The position numbers and the translations under genes were made by a program. The notes beneath the pieces were generated by a model. The model worked only from the letters and a program-made list of their open reading frames with translations, was not told where the DNA came from and did not search any database. Source: Nitrososphaera sp. (GTDB lineage: Archaea > Thermoproteota > Nitrososphaeria > Nitrososphaerales > Nitrososphaeraceae). Taken from it: a stretch of 64,000 bases of DNA. The DNA lies in contig NZ_JBBIHK010000005.1 in the NCBI RefSeq assembly GCF_037447015.1, forward strand, positions 15,437-79,436, given 5' to 3'. Positions 43,075 to 52,855 of the stretch are shown here, piece by piece (the first letter of the stretch is position 1; each line of letters begins with the position of its first letter).

Positions 43075-43314
43075 CTATTTCTGCCGCTGTTGTTGCTGTA
43101 TGTATCTGCGCATCAGGTAGACCAGAGGGTCGGAGCCGGCATGAAAGCTCTCCCAGAGCAAGGCCCGGACAGACTGCAAAGAGTATGACTGCGATTTTTC
43201 AAAGACAATGCCCTTTGATTCCAGGTAGCTGACGATGTTTTTTGCGTTTGACGGGCCAAGCACCGTTTCTAGGCCAAGGACTGCCTGCTTTAAAACAGCG
43301 CCGTCTACCACCAT
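43075..43314 (-). CDS. small hypothetical protein
   Basis: MVVDGAVLKQAVLGLETVLGPSNAKNIVSYLESKGIVFEKSQSYSLQSVRALLWESFHAGSDPLVYLMRRYIQQQQRQK. The track ORF was trimmed to the ATG at 43314. Confidence 0.5.
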   Translation of the reverse strand: MVVDGAVLKQAVLGLETVLGPSNAKNIVSYLESKGIVFEKSQSYSLQSVRALLWESFHAGSDPLVYLMRRYIQQQQRQK

Positions 43315-43674
43315 GTCTGCTGGTGCAGGTCCGCTGTCGCCCCGTCCCACGTCGTTGATTTTTCCAGCAGCTATTTTAACAATTGCGAATAGACAGCAAT
43401 AAAGATCGCCTTTTTTTGCACGCCAGCTTGTTTTTTGCCACATAGGCCCGATTTTGATGCAGATTTTTTGCGCTAACAAGCGCCCTCTGGCAGCGTGTGT
43501 CTTGAGTGAGGAATTTGTTACTAGTCTTGAGCAGCGTGCGCCACATCGGTTAAAACCGGTTTAATTGCCCACACCGAATGCGCTGCATAGCAAACAGCCT
43601 CACAGTATTTGCAGAACGAGGGCAGCTTGCCTATATGAGAATCTTCTATTTTTCATAGATAGAAGGTGAAGTAA

Positions 43675-44451
43675 GTGGAAGCATCACTAAAATCATTACA
43701 AGGAAAAAGCGCAGAAGAAAGTGGAGCAGACGAAGAAAGCCAAGAATTCGACGCAGGAATGCAGGCAACAGCAGCGACAGGGAATAACAGACACCATGAA
43801 TACCATTCAAGGAGCGAGATGATAGACGAGCTAGAGATCATGGGCGTGGACACGGACGCGCTGGAGCCGCTTTCGATGGAGGCGATAGGGACGCTCCTCA
43901 ACGGCCTGCGCAACCTTGTTGCTGCGCACCAGCACCAGCACGACAGAAAGCGCGGCAGGCCCCGCTCCACAGGCGAGTTTGTGCCGATCCTTTCAAGCGC
44001 GGATAAAAAGATCATCCACCACCTGTTCTCGTCCGAGGGCCATGTGACTTCCCTTACCCTGGCAAAAGAGCTCGACATACCGCTGAGCACCATCCAGAGG
44101 AGGAGGAAGAGGCTCGAGTCGAACCTGATAGAGAGGAACTACTCGCTCAGGGTCGAAAGGCTCGGCTACAGGGCTGCGACCCTCTTTATCTCGACCTCCG
44201 ACGGCAAGACTGCCGCAGTCGGAAAGGAGATACTCGACATGGACCAGATGGTGACCTGCGTCACCAAGACGCTTGGCGAAAACGCGATGGACCTCAAGGC
44301 AGACGTCATCTTCAAGACAAACGCAGAGCTGCTGTCGCTCATAGAGCGCATCAAGGCGACTGATGGCGTCAGGGACATCTCGTGGAGCGAGTCTATCGAA
44401 GTAATAGGCAGGAGCAGCAAGCCGTACCAGCTGCTCATCGAGTCCCAGTGA
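43675..44451 (+). CDS. Lrp/AsnC-family regulator with N-terminal extension (paralogue)
   Basis: HTH LSSADKKIIHHLFSSEGHVTSLTLAKELDIPLSTIQRRRKRLES plus a RAM-like domain. The extension contains the same L-x2-(L/M)-GV-x5-E-x-L pattern as the gene at 42276. Confidence 0.75.
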   Translation: MEASLKSLQGKSAEESGADEESQEFDAGMQATAATGNNRHHEYHSRSEMIDELEIMGVDTDALEPLSMEAIGTLLNGLRNLVAAHQHQHDRKRGRPRSTGEFVPILSSADKKIIHHLFSSEGHVTSLTLAKELDIPLSTIQRRRKRLESNLIERNYSLRVERLGYRAATLFISTSDGKTAAVGKEILDMDQMVTCVTKTLGENAMDLKADVIFKTNAELLSLIERIKATDGVRDISWSESIEVIGRSSKPYQLLIESQ

Positions 44452-44683
44452 CCCAAAGGAAAGAGAAAGCAGGCACGACGGCAGGGGCCGCTTTCTCCTT
44501 TTCCCCTCTCTCTTCAGAACTGCAGCCAGCCTGCGAATCCTGGCTCCGGCGTGCACGATACGACATGCAATAACGACGTGACGACGATGGCGACGAGCCG
44601 GGGCTCGACAGGCTCTGCTGCTTTTGCACGGCCGTGGTGACGACGGAACTGGCTATCCGTGGCGTCCCTTAACTTTTCAATCT

Positions 44684-45195
44684 GTGAACCAGAAAGTTGT
44701 GGACAGGCTGTACGCGATCGGTGGTGCAATTGTCGCAGTGGCAATAACGGCAGTAATTGCGATAGCACTTGTGTCTTCTATCTGACGTATTCTGCAACTA
44801 TGTCGCAAGTGGTAGTGATTGTGCTCCAGGAGGACGTAGAGGGAGGAGGGAAAGGAGGCGTTGCGATACCGGCCAAATTTTCAACAGTGCAGATAAGCGC
44901 GGCCCCGCAGTCTGGCCCGCCTGGCGGCCAAGTCACTGTGCAAGGAAGCGACTTGGCCCGATCAGCAGGCAAGGGTCGCAATTGCTGGCAATGGCAACTA
45001 TCCTGATGGACGGTTCCGGAAATAGCCACCACCAGCCCTATCGGCGATTTTGAGGCTACGATAACCCTGCCTGACAGTGAGGGCAGTTACCAGCTGTCAG
45101 CTGCAAACGAATCTGGCACGACGGCAGTCACCACGGTCAGCGTCGTAGCTGATTCACTTGCGCGTTCCCTGTGCATGACATGTATGCGTGCATAG
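44684..45195 (+). pseudogene. decayed paralogue of the gene at 45261-45797 (at least three frameshifts)
   Basis: The pieces lie in different frames. The anchor VNQKVVDRLYAIGGAIVAVAITAVIAIALVSSI ends in a stop. The remaining pieces are AIPAKFSTVQISAAPQSGPPGGQVTVQG, then EATWPDQQARVAIAGNGNYPDG, then MDGSGN, then IATTSPIGDFEATITLPDSEGSYQLSAANESGTTAVTTVSVV. Together they mirror the architecture of the downstream intact gene. Confidence 0.6.
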
Positions 45196-45260
45196 AGGTG
45201 GGTGAAACCAGGTATCCACAGCGTCCCTTAACTTGCCAGCTTGTGCAAAAAAGAGTACAG

Positions 45261-45797
45261 ATGAGCAGTAATAATAGCAATAGCGGCAGTAGCAATAGCA
45301 ATAGCAACTTCAAGAGGTATGCCATCATCGGAGCAGTAGGTGTGGCCGCAGTCGCAGTGATACTGCTGGCACTCGGCGCGGCCCAGGCGCCCGCCATTCC
45401 AAGCAGCACGCCCGGCAGCTCGCAAGAGAGGCTGCCTGGCGAGATCCCTTACGAACCAGAGAAGACGCCGACGCCCGGGGCAGGGTCGGCCGACACGGTC
45501 GAGCAGCCAATACCAGACGTAGCCCCTACAGCGTCGGTGGCGGTGGGGCCCAACCCGGCCCGGCCGGGCGATACGGTCACAGTCTCTGGTGACGGATTTG
45601 GGCGCAACCAGCAAGTCACCATCACGCTCGGGAACAGCGTGGTCGAGACAGAGCCTCCCACAGTCATGACCGACGGCACGGGCAAGTTCAGCGCGCAGGT
45701 AACCCTGCCGGAGGACGCGCAGCAGGGTGAGGAGTACAACGTGACTGCTGCCGACCAGGCAAACAGGGCGGCCACGATAACCGTGCTGATCCGCTAG
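45261..45797 (+). CDS. membrane-anchored Ig-like (IPT/TIG-like) surface protein
   Basis: Ser/Asn-rich N-terminus, anchor YAIIGAVGVAAVAVILLALGAA, Pro-rich linker, then PGDTVTVSGDGFGRNQQVTITLGN ... DGTGKFSAQVTLPEDAQQGEEYNVTAAD. An in-frame GTG at 45243 is an alternative start. Confidence 0.75.
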   Translation: MSSNNSNSGSSNSNSNFKRYAIIGAVGVAAVAVILLALGAAQAPAIPSSTPGSSQERLPGEIPYEPEKTPTPGAGSADTVEQPIPDVAPTASVAVGPNPARPGDTVTVSGDGFGRNQQVTITLGNSVVETEPPTVMTDGTGKFSAQVTLPEDAQQGEEYNVTAADQANRAATITVLIR

Positions 45798-45900
45798 CCG
45801 AGTTTTTTCTTCTCCTCTTCCTTCTCCTCTTTCTTTTTCTTTTGTTAAAGGAAAAAATCCTCCGCTGCGCCTCTAAAATTGTTGACATGCGGCCTTAACG

Positions 45901-46314
45901 TTGCGGCCGCTGCAAAAAAGATGCATAATCTTGCCATCATCACCATCACCACTATCATCACCGCCGCCCTCTTCTTTGCCGCCTCCACCGCCGCACTCGT
46001 ACATTTCAGACGCGTTCGAGGTAGGCGACGACGACAGCGTGTGGGACGCGTGGCTGACTGCCGTGAACCTGCTCGACATGCTGGAGCAGTCGCAGAGGCT
46101 TGCAGGGCTGTACGACTTTGGCGGCGCCCGGGACAGGATAGCGCAGGTGAGGTCGGTCGCGGAGGCGCACGGCCTAGACAAAAGAGAGAAAGAAGAAGGA
46201 GAAGGCGAGAAATGCCGGTGCGGCCTCTCAGACGCAGAGCACGCCCTTTTGAGGCGCAAAGTCCTGACGTTTTTCAAGCTGCAGGTGGCAAACATGAAAC
46301 ATTTCCTTGCCTGA
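45901..46314 (+). CDS. hypothetical protein
   Basis: Of three overlapping ORFs this frame has the least low-complexity C-terminal half (WDAWLTAVNLLDMLEQSQRLAGLYDFGGARDRIAQVRSVAEAHGL ... LLRRKVLTFFKLQVANMKHFLA). The start is uncertain. Confidence 0.4.
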   Translation: MRPLQKRCIILPSSPSPLSSPPPSSLPPPPPHSYISDAFEVGDDDSVWDAWLTAVNLLDMLEQSQRLAGLYDFGGARDRIAQVRSVAEAHGLDKREKEEGEGEKCRCGLSDAEHALLRRKVLTFFKLQVANMKHFLA

Positions 46315-46374
46315 CTGCGGCCCAGCGAATAAATTAAATGCAAGCAAGGCTAGAACTCTTTCGAGGCATTCTTA

Positions 46375-47265
46375 GTGACCGCACGGGACTTTATCGAAGT
46401 TTCAAAGCCAAGAATAGTCGTGGTCCTTGTGATAACGGCGGTCACCTCGTACCTTGCAGCCACCCGGTTTGATGCGACGCCCGAAGTGGCGTGGGACATC
46501 AGCTGGTGGCACCTCGGGTTTTTGACGCTCTCTGGCGCCCTGGCCTCGATGGGCGCAAGCGCGCTCAACCATTACTACGACAGGGACATCGACAAGGTGA
46601 TGGACAGGACGGCCGGGAGGCCGATACCTGCCGGCAGGCTCAAACCCAGCTCTGTGCTGGCGTACGGCCTGGCAGTCAGCGCAGCGTCCGTCATAATCGC
46701 CCTGCTCACGCTCAACCCAGTTGCGACGGGCATGATAGCCCTTGGCATCTTTTTCTACGTGATAATATACACGGCCTGGCTCAAGCGCAGCAACGCCTCC
46801 AACATAGTCATTGGCGGGTTTGCCGGCAGCGCCGCGTCGATGGCAGGGTGGGCTGCAGCTACTGGCTCGATAGACCTGCTCGGCTTTCTTGTCGGGTGGA
46901 TAGTGTTCATGTGGACGCCGCCCCACTTTTGGTGCCTTGCCATCAGGGCAAGAGAAGAGTACGCCAGCGTGCGCGTCCCGATGCTCCCGGTGCTCATCGG
47001 CAACGAAAAGACAGCAAGCTATATCCTTGCAAACACTGCGATACTGTTGCCGTACTCGGTGGCGCTGTACTTTTTCGGCCTCGGGCTTTTGTACACAGTA
47101 GTCGCGGCGGTTTCAGGCTCGCTGATGCTTGCATACCACTACAAGCTGACCAAGAACCCGACGCCGGAATTTGCGTGGAAGGCGTACAAGGTGACCGCGC
47201 CGTACCTCGTGGTCGTCTTCATAGCCCTTGCGTTTGATGCCCTCTACTACTACAGGCCGTTCTAG
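46375..47265 (+). CDS. ctaB: protoheme IX farnesyltransferase (heme O synthase)
   Basis: UbiA-family polytopic protein with ALNHYYDRDIDKVMDRTAGRPIPAG, the second motif region, and PPHFWCLAI typical of CtaB/CyoE. GTG start. Confidence 0.9.
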   Translation: MTARDFIEVSKPRIVVVLVITAVTSYLAATRFDATPEVAWDISWWHLGFLTLSGALASMGASALNHYYDRDIDKVMDRTAGRPIPAGRLKPSSVLAYGLAVSAASVIIALLTLNPVATGMIALGIFFYVIIYTAWLKRSNASNIVIGGFAGSAASMAGWAAATGSIDLLGFLVGWIVFMWTPPHFWCLAIRAREEYASVRVPMLPVLIGNEKTASYILANTAILLPYSVALYFFGLGLLYTVVAAVSGSLMLAYHYKLTKNPTPEFAWKAYKVTAPYLVVVFIALAFDALYYYRPF

Positions 47266-47267
47266 AA

Positions 47268-47489
47268 TCAGCCGGTCTTTTCAGAGACGAGCTCGACCCT
47301 GCGCTTTTCCTTTGTGACCCACGATACGCGTACGAGCCCATAGATCTCCAGGTCGAGCAGGATCTTGTTAAAGTCGGCCTCGGCCAGCGTCACGCCGTCC
47401 TTGGCAAGCGCGTTCAGGAGGTCCGAGTCGGTGGTGGTGCCTGCCTGCCGTATTTTTTCATATACCAGGTTACGTAGTGGATACTTCAT
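47268..47489 (-). CDS. small conserved-looking protein (possible winged helix), downstream of Cdc48 copy 2
   Basis: 73 aa. LVYEKIRQAGTTTDSDLLNALAKDGVTLAEADFNKILLDLEIYGLVRV. There is an 8-nt gap after the Cdc48 stop on the same strand. Confidence 0.6.
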   Translation of the reverse strand: MKYPLRNLVYEKIRQAGTTTDSDLLNALAKDGVTLAEADFNKILLDLEIYGLVRVSWVTKEKRRVELVSEKTG

Positions 47490-47497
47490 GTCTTATC

Positions 47498-49699
47498 TCA
47501 ACCATAGAACGACTTGTCGATGGCCTTTGGCACCGCGTATGTGAGGTTCTTTTTCATCGACTCGTACCATTCCTCGACCTCTTTTGTTATCGACGGCCTT
47601 GCCACCTTGAGCGCTGCTGCAAAGTCGGCGTTTGAGACCTTGGCGGAGCCGCGCTGCATGGCGTTCACGGCGGCCTCGCGGCACACTGCCTGCAGGTCGG
47701 CGCCGGAAAAGTTCTTGGTAGTCTGCGCTATCGCGGCCAGGTCGACGTCGGCGTCAAGCGGCATCGGCTGCGTTATTATTTTTAGTATCTCATAGCGCGC
47801 CTTCTCGTCAGGCTGGCCGACGTATATTATCAGGTCAAGACGGCCGGGGCGCAGGAGTGACGGGTCGATGAGGTCCGGCCTGTTCGTGATGCCAAGCACA
47901 ATGACGCCCGAGTTGCCGGCATCGTCTATCTCTGTCAGGAGCTGGCTCACCACCCGCTCGTTGCCAGACATGTCGTCGCTCTGGCCCCTTGGGCGGGCAA
48001 GCGAGTCCAGCTCGTCAAACACCACGATGCACGGCGACGAGGTCTTGGCCTTCCGAAATATCTCCCTTATGGCTTTTTCAGACTCGCCGACCCACTTGCT
48101 CAGCACTTCTGGGCCGCGGACCACTATGATGTTGGCGTTGCTCTCTGTCGCAAGCGCCTTTGCAATCAGCGTCTTGCCCGTGCCAGACGGCCCGTAGAGC
48201 AGCGCCCCCTTGGGCGCCCTGATGCCCATCTTTGAGAAGCTGTCAGGGTCGCGGATGGCCGTGATGAGGTTGTCGTGCAGTATCCTCTTGGCGTCGTACA
48301 GCCCGCCCACGTCGCTCCACTTTACACGAGCGACTTCGACGTAAAACTCGCGCATGGCGGTGGGCACTATCTCCTTTATGCCGTCGCGGAAATCGCGGGT
48401 CGTTATCACCATCTGCTCGAGTATGTCAGGCGATATCTTTTCGCCCTCCACGTCGATGTCGGGCAGGTAGCGGCGCAGGGCGCGCATTGCCGCCTCCCTG
48501 CACAGAGCCTTGATGTCCGCGCCCGTATAGCCATGAAGCTCGCCGGCCAGCTCTTGCAGGTTGATGTCGTCTGCAAGGGGCATGCCCCTCGTGTGTATCT
48601 GGAGGATCTCCAGCCTCCCCTCGGCGTTTGGAACGCCTATCTCTATCTCCCTGTCAAAGCGACCGGGGCGCCTCAGCGCCGGGTCGAGGCTCTCCGGCCT
48701 GTTGGTCGCGCCAAGCACGATGACCTGGCCGCGCTCTGACATGCCGTCCATGAGGGCGAGGAGCTGCGCCACGACGCGCTTTTCAACGTCGCCAAACGCC
48801 TCCTCCCTCTTTGGGGCGATTGCGTCTATCTCGTCGATGAATATTATCGAAGGCGCCGAGTCGCGAGCTTCCTTGAATATATCGCGAAGGCGCGCTTCGG
48901 TCTCGCCATAGTACTTGTTCATGATCTCGGGCCCGTTTATTATGAAAAAGTTGGCCTCCGACTCGGACGCAAGCGCCTTTGCAATCAGCGTTTTGCCCGT
49001 CCCCGGCGGCCCGTACATCAGGATGCCCGAGTGGGGCTCGATGCCAAGGCGCGCAAAGACCTCAGGGTGGCGCATCGGCAGCTCCACTATCTCCCGCAAG
49101 CGCCTTATCTGCTCCTTCATCCCCCCGATCTCTTCGTACGTGACGCGGGGCTTGCGGTCAGTCGTCGTCTCGGCCATTATGGAGAGTTTCGTGGACCGCT
49201 CTATCCTGACGATTGCCTTTGGCGACACCTTTTCGACTTTAAAGTCCATAGGGTTTCCAAGGATGACGACAGACACCTCGTCGCCCTCGCTCACCGGAAA
49301 GCCCTTGAGCCTGCTCTTGACAAACTCGCAAAACTCTTTGTCCACAGTTATGCTGCTGTCGCCTATTGGAGATAGTGTGACGCTCTTGGCCGCCTTGCTT
49401 TCGGCCTTTGAAACCGTCAACAGGTCGTTGAGGCCGACGCCGGCGTTCTTTCTCGTCTGGCCGTCGATGCGTATGATGTCACTCTCGCTCTCCTCGTCGT
49501 CTGCCGGCCACGCGGTGACCGCAGTAGCGCGCTTGCCTGCCAGCTCGACTATCTCGCCGGGCTGGACGCCCAGCTGCTCCATGTGGTGAGAGTCAAGGCG
49601 CGCCCTGCGCTTGCCCACGTCGCGGTGCTTGGCCTCTGCCACCCTCAGCTGCACCTGCGGGGACTCGCCGCCGCTGCTTCCCGCCTTGGCCTTTTTCAA
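47498..49699 (-). CDS. cdc48: Cdc48/VCP-type AAA+ ATPase (copy 2, GC-rich)
   Basis: 733 aa. Two Walker A motifs ([26 protein letters not shown]), Walker B motifs ([16 protein letters not shown]) and the [11 protein letters not shown] motif. TTG start. Confidence 0.95.
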   Translation of the reverse strand: MKKAKAGSSGGESPQVQLRVAEAKHRDVGKRRARLDSHHMEQLGVQPGEIVELAGKRATAVTAWPADDEESESDIIRIDGQTRKNAGVGLNDLLTVSKAESKAAKSVTLSPIGDSSITVDKEFCEFVKSRLKGFPVSEGDEVSVVILGNPMDFKVEKVSPKAIVRIERSTKLSIMAETTTDRKPRVTYEEIGGMKEQIRRLREIVELPMRHPEVFARLGIEPHSGILMYGPPGTGKTLIAKALASESEANFFIINGPEIMNKYYGETEARLRDIFKEARDSAPSIIFIDEIDAIAPKREEAFGDVEKRVVAQLLALMDGMSERGQVIVLGATNRPESLDPALRRPGRFDREIEIGVPNAEGRLEILQIHTRGMPLADDINLQELAGELHGYTGADIKALCREAAMRALRRYLPDIDVEGEKISPDILEQMVITTRDFRDGIKEIVPTAMREFYVEVARVKWSDVGGLYDAKRILHDNLITAIRDPDSFSKMGIRAPKGALLYGPSGTGKTLIAKALATESNANIIVVRGPEVLSKWVGESEKAIREIFRKAKTSSPCIVVFDELDSLARPRGQSDDMSGNERVVSQLLTEIDDAGNSGVIVLGITNRPDLIDPSLLRPGRLDLIIYVGQPDEKARYEILKIITQPMPLDADVDLAAIAQTTKNFSGADLQAVCREAAVNAMQRGSAKVSNADFAAALKVARPSITKEVEEWYESMKKNLTYAVPKAIDKSFYG

Positions 49700-49746
49700 G
49701 TTAGAACCTCCGCTGCTGACGGGGGAAGGAAGATCATCAACAACTG

Positions 49747-50028
49747 TTATTTCATCTTGACCGACGCGCGGCTGATGTTCATGACTTCGATTTCGCCGAC
49801 GCCTGCGACGCCCTTGACGGCGTCTTCGAGCTTCTCCATCTGCCCTTCGGCGTCATCGAGGTAAAAGTCGCCAATGAGGGCGTTGAGCCCAAACGCAATC
49901 GGCTCCTTGGCATAGCCTTTGAGTTCCATTCCTTGCGGGACGCTCTTTTTCAGCCCCTCTATCACGCTGTCGAGGTTGATGTCGGCGTCTGCCGGCAGGA
50001 GCTTTATCCTTGCAATGAGACGGGCCAT
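49747..50028 (-). CDS. translation elongation factor aEF-1 beta
   Basis: MARLIARIKLLPADADINLDSVIEGLKK ... AFGLNALIGDFYLDDAEGQMEKLEDAVKGVAGVGEIEV has typical aEF-1beta length and pattern. ATG at 50028. Confidence 0.85.
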   Translation of the reverse strand: MARLIARIKLLPADADINLDSVIEGLKKSVPQGMELKGYAKEPIAFGLNALIGDFYLDDAEGQMEKLEDAVKGVAGVGEIEVMNISRASVKMK

Positions 50029-50029
50029 T

Positions 50030-50209
50030 TTACGGACCCTCAAAGCCGCAGCCCACGCACTTGTAGGGGCGGGCAAACTCCCTGCACGATTCGCAGCGCC
50101 ACATCAGGACATAGCCGCAGTTGGGGCAATAGTATTTTACGCATTCATCGTTAGGCATGATCGGCCTGCTGCAAGAGGTGCAGACCGGCAGCTGCAGTGG
50201 TTTGGACAT
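50030..50209 (-). CDS. Zn-ribbon protein commonly found upstream of aEF-1 beta
   Basis: MSKPLQLPVCTSCSRPI...YYCPNCGYVLMWRCESCREFARPYKCVGCG carries four CxxC pairs. It abuts the aEF-1beta start. Confidence 0.75.
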   Translation of the reverse strand: MSKPLQLPVCTSCSRPIMPNDECVKYYCPNCGYVLMWRCESCREFARPYKCVGCGFEGP

Positions 50210-50240
50210 AGATTTTTGACGCAAATATCCGAATTTATAT

Positions 50241-51395
50241 CTATCCGTTGTCGACCAGCCGGCGGATTTCGTTGCCCAAGAGCGCCTTTGCCATCCTTGC
50301 CGCGCCCTTGGCGCTCAGCATCTTTGTCAATGCGGCCGAGTGAAAGTCAAAGTCGCCTGTCGACGCGGCCTCTTCCAGCTTCTCTTTCGGGATGGCGGCA
50401 AACAGGTCGTCTATTGCCCTGTTGTCCAGCCTCTCAAGAAGGCGCCGGGCAAGGAGCATCTTGTCAAACTCGTCTTTGAAAAGCGACTCCCACGCCGGCG
50501 GGTAGCCTGCCGGGTCGCCGGCTGCAATTGCCCTGCCTGCCAGGATGCCCCCCATGCCGCAGGTATAGATGCCGCCGGCAGTCGTCGGCTTGGTCTGGCC
50601 GGCAGCGTCGCCCACGTAGACAGTGTTGTTGTCGTCGTCGACAAAGTTTTTCGCCGGCCCGCTCACCCATATCGGGGCGTACACCTTCCTCACCACAGAA
50701 TACTTGGTCCCCTTTGAATCCATGTACGATTTCAGGGCGCTTGCCGCGTTTATCCCCTTGCCGGCTACGCCCACCTTGCCCTGCCCGTCGCCTGCCGGGA
50801 TCACCCAGGCAAAAAAGCCAGGATACCTCTCGCTGTCGAACGCGACTTCGATGGTGTCCCGCGCTATCCAGTCTGCGTACACTTCGTACTGTGCAGACAA
50901 GAGCACGCCTTCCCTGTTCCTCGATATTATCGAGGCGACACCCCTTGCGTCGACGAAATGGCGGCAGGTCAGGTCGCCTTCAGACGTTTTGATTGTACAG
51001 AGTTTCCTGTCGCTGTCAAAAGCCGCCGAGCGGACCGAGCATTTCACCCTTATCTCCGCGCCGGCCCGCTGGGCCTGGAGCGCCGCCTGCTTGTCAAGCT
51101 CCCGCCTGTCAAGCACGACAACCCTTTGCCTTTCAGCCGAGATTTCAAAGCCGTTGTTTTTTGAGGGCGGGAGTATCCTCGCCTTTTTTATCCTGCTGTT
51201 CTCAATGACGGCAGGGATTATCCCCAGGTTCTTTACGCCTTCCATGCTGACCAGACCGCCGCAGTGCTCCGGCGTCCCTATCTCGGCGTCCTCTTCGAGC
51301 ACGGCTACAGAGAGGCCGCCGGCCCTCGCCGCCTCGCGGGCCGCAAGCAGGCCCGAGATGCTCCCGCCGGCCACGACGACGTCAAAATCTGGCAT
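50241..51395 (-). CDS. geranylgeranyl reductase family flavoprotein
   Basis: FAD motif DVVVAGGSISGLLAAREAARAG, then PEHCGGLVS and the GDAAGQTKPTTAGGI motif typical of archaeal geranylgeranyl reductases. Confidence 0.9.
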   Translation of the reverse strand: MPDFDVVVAGGSISGLLAAREAARAGGLSVAVLEEDAEIGTPEHCGGLVSMEGVKNLGIIPAVIENSRIKKARILPPSKNNGFEISAERQRVVVLDRRELDKQAALQAQRAGAEIRVKCSVRSAAFDSDRKLCTIKTSEGDLTCRHFVDARGVASIISRNREGVLLSAQYEVYADWIARDTIEVAFDSERYPGFFAWVIPAGDGQGKVGVAGKGINAASALKSYMDSKGTKYSVVRKVYAPIWVSGPAKNFVDDDNNTVYVGDAAGQTKPTTAGGIYTCGMGGILAGRAIAAGDPAGYPPAWESLFKDEFDKMLLARRLLERLDNRAIDDLFAAIPKEKLEEAASTGDFDFHSAALTKMLSAKGAARMAKALLGNEIRRLVDNG

Positions 51396-51449
51396 GTGAG
51401 AGAAAGACCAGCAACGTATTTCTCGGCCTGATAATTAAACTAATGCGCA

Positions 51450-51812
51450 GTGAGCTCTTCTGAATTCAAGCAGGTGATGGTCGTTCGGCGCGACCTGGGA
51501 ATGGGCACGGGCAAGATAGCCGCGCAGGTGGCCCACGCAGCCGTGATGGCGGCAGAAAAGAGCAGGGAGAAAAAGCCAGAGTGGTTCTACGAATGGTTCG
51601 AAGGCGGCCAGGCCAAGGTCGTGGTCAAGGTGCAGAGCTTTGAAGAGCTGATGGAGGTAAGAAAGCATGCAGAGAGCCTGAAGCTGGTGGTGGCGCAGGT
51701 GAACGACAGCGGCCTCACCCAGATACCGCCCGGCACCACTACTTGCATCGGCATCGGCCCGGCACCCTCCGAGCTTGTGGACAAGGTCACAAACAGGCTA
51801 AAGCTTCTCTAG
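51450..51812 (+). CDS. pth2: peptidyl-tRNA hydrolase, archaeal type (Pth2)
   Basis: 120 aa. KQVMVVRRDLGMGTGKIAAQVAHAAV ... DSGLTQIPPGTTTCIGIGP matches the PTH2 family. Confidence 0.9.
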   Translation: MSSSEFKQVMVVRRDLGMGTGKIAAQVAHAAVMAAEKSREKKPEWFYEWFEGGQAKVVVKVQSFEELMEVRKHAESLKLVVAQVNDSGLTQIPPGTTTCIGIGPAPSELVDKVTNRLKLL

Positions 51813-52705
51813 CGCCGGCTTACCAGCAGTATGCCGGTCACAACGAGGCCGGTCGCTATTATTTGAAAAATACTTATCGACTCGCCCAGTGCGACAGCCG
51901 CTATCGCAATTCCAAAGATCGGCGTCGTCGAAAATACAGACATGGTCTTGATCGTCCCTATGCGCCTGATACCTTCCAGGAAAAAGAGCAGGGCTGCGCC
52001 AAAGCCTGAGACGGACATGGCTATTATGATGGCCCAGAGGTCTGCAGGTATCGCAGCGACTGCCTGCCACCTTCCCGTAGCGGCAACTGCTGCAAGCAAA
52101 AGCAGGCCGCCAAAGAGCGACTTTATCATCGCCATCTTGGACGCGCTGATGGCCGAAAAAGTGGTCAAGCGCCGGCTGACGTTGTTGTCTATGGCCCACA
52201 GGAACATCGAGCCAAGTATCATGATGTTGCCTGCGTTGAACTGGATGATGGTTTCTGAAAACTGCATGTTTGTAGTCGCCATAAAGAGGCCGGCCACCAC
52301 CAGCGCGACAGCAAAGAGCCCGAGCCGCCCTTTCGGCCTCTCGCCGAAAAAGAGCGACGAAAGTATTATGGTAAAGAGCACCTCGCCGTTTGTCAGTATC
52401 GACGCGTCCGACGCCTGCGTCTGCTGCAGGCCGTACAGCAAGAGCACCGGCGCTGCCACGGCGCCAAAGAGCGTTATCAGTGCCATGTAGCGCAGCTCGC
52501 GCCGGCTGCCCAGCCGGAACGACGCCCGGGCAAACGGCACAAGGGCCAAGCCGGCTACTAGGTACGTGAGGGCCGAGAGCGCAAGCGGGTCTATGGTGGC
52601 AAGCGGCACCTTGGCGACTGTAAAGACAGAGCCAAAGAGCGCCGAGGCAAGGAGCACCGACAGGTAGCCCAGATGCCCCTTTCTGTGCTGCTCCAGCTCT
52701 GTCAT
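51809..52705 (-). CDS. EamA/DMT-family transporter
   Basis: 298 aa with 10 TM helices in two EamA-like halves. Confidence 0.8.
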   Translation of the reverse strand: MTELEQHRKGHLGYLSVLLASALFGSVFTVAKVPLATIDPLALSALTYLVAGLALVPFARASFRLGSRRELRYMALITLFGAVAAPVLLLYGLQQTQASDASILTNGEVLFTIILSSLFFGERPKGRLGLFAVALVVAGLFMATTNMQFSETIIQFNAGNIMILGSMFLWAIDNNVSRRLTTFSAISASKMAMIKSLFGGLLLLAAVAATGRWQAVAAIPADLWAIIIAMSVSGFGAALLFFLEGIRRIGTIKTMSVFSTTPIFGIAIAAVALGESISIFQIIATGLVVTGILLVSRR

Positions 52706-52855
52706 TCCACGGTATTGCAGGCGCCCTGCCTATTTTATCCATCCCGCGGCGGCATAGCCAGACAAGAGATTATATTGGGAAAAACAGGATTTTTGCGCGT
52801 GTCAGGCAAGGCTGGCAGCGGCAGTAGCAGTAGTAGTACAGGTAAAAGGCGCTTG

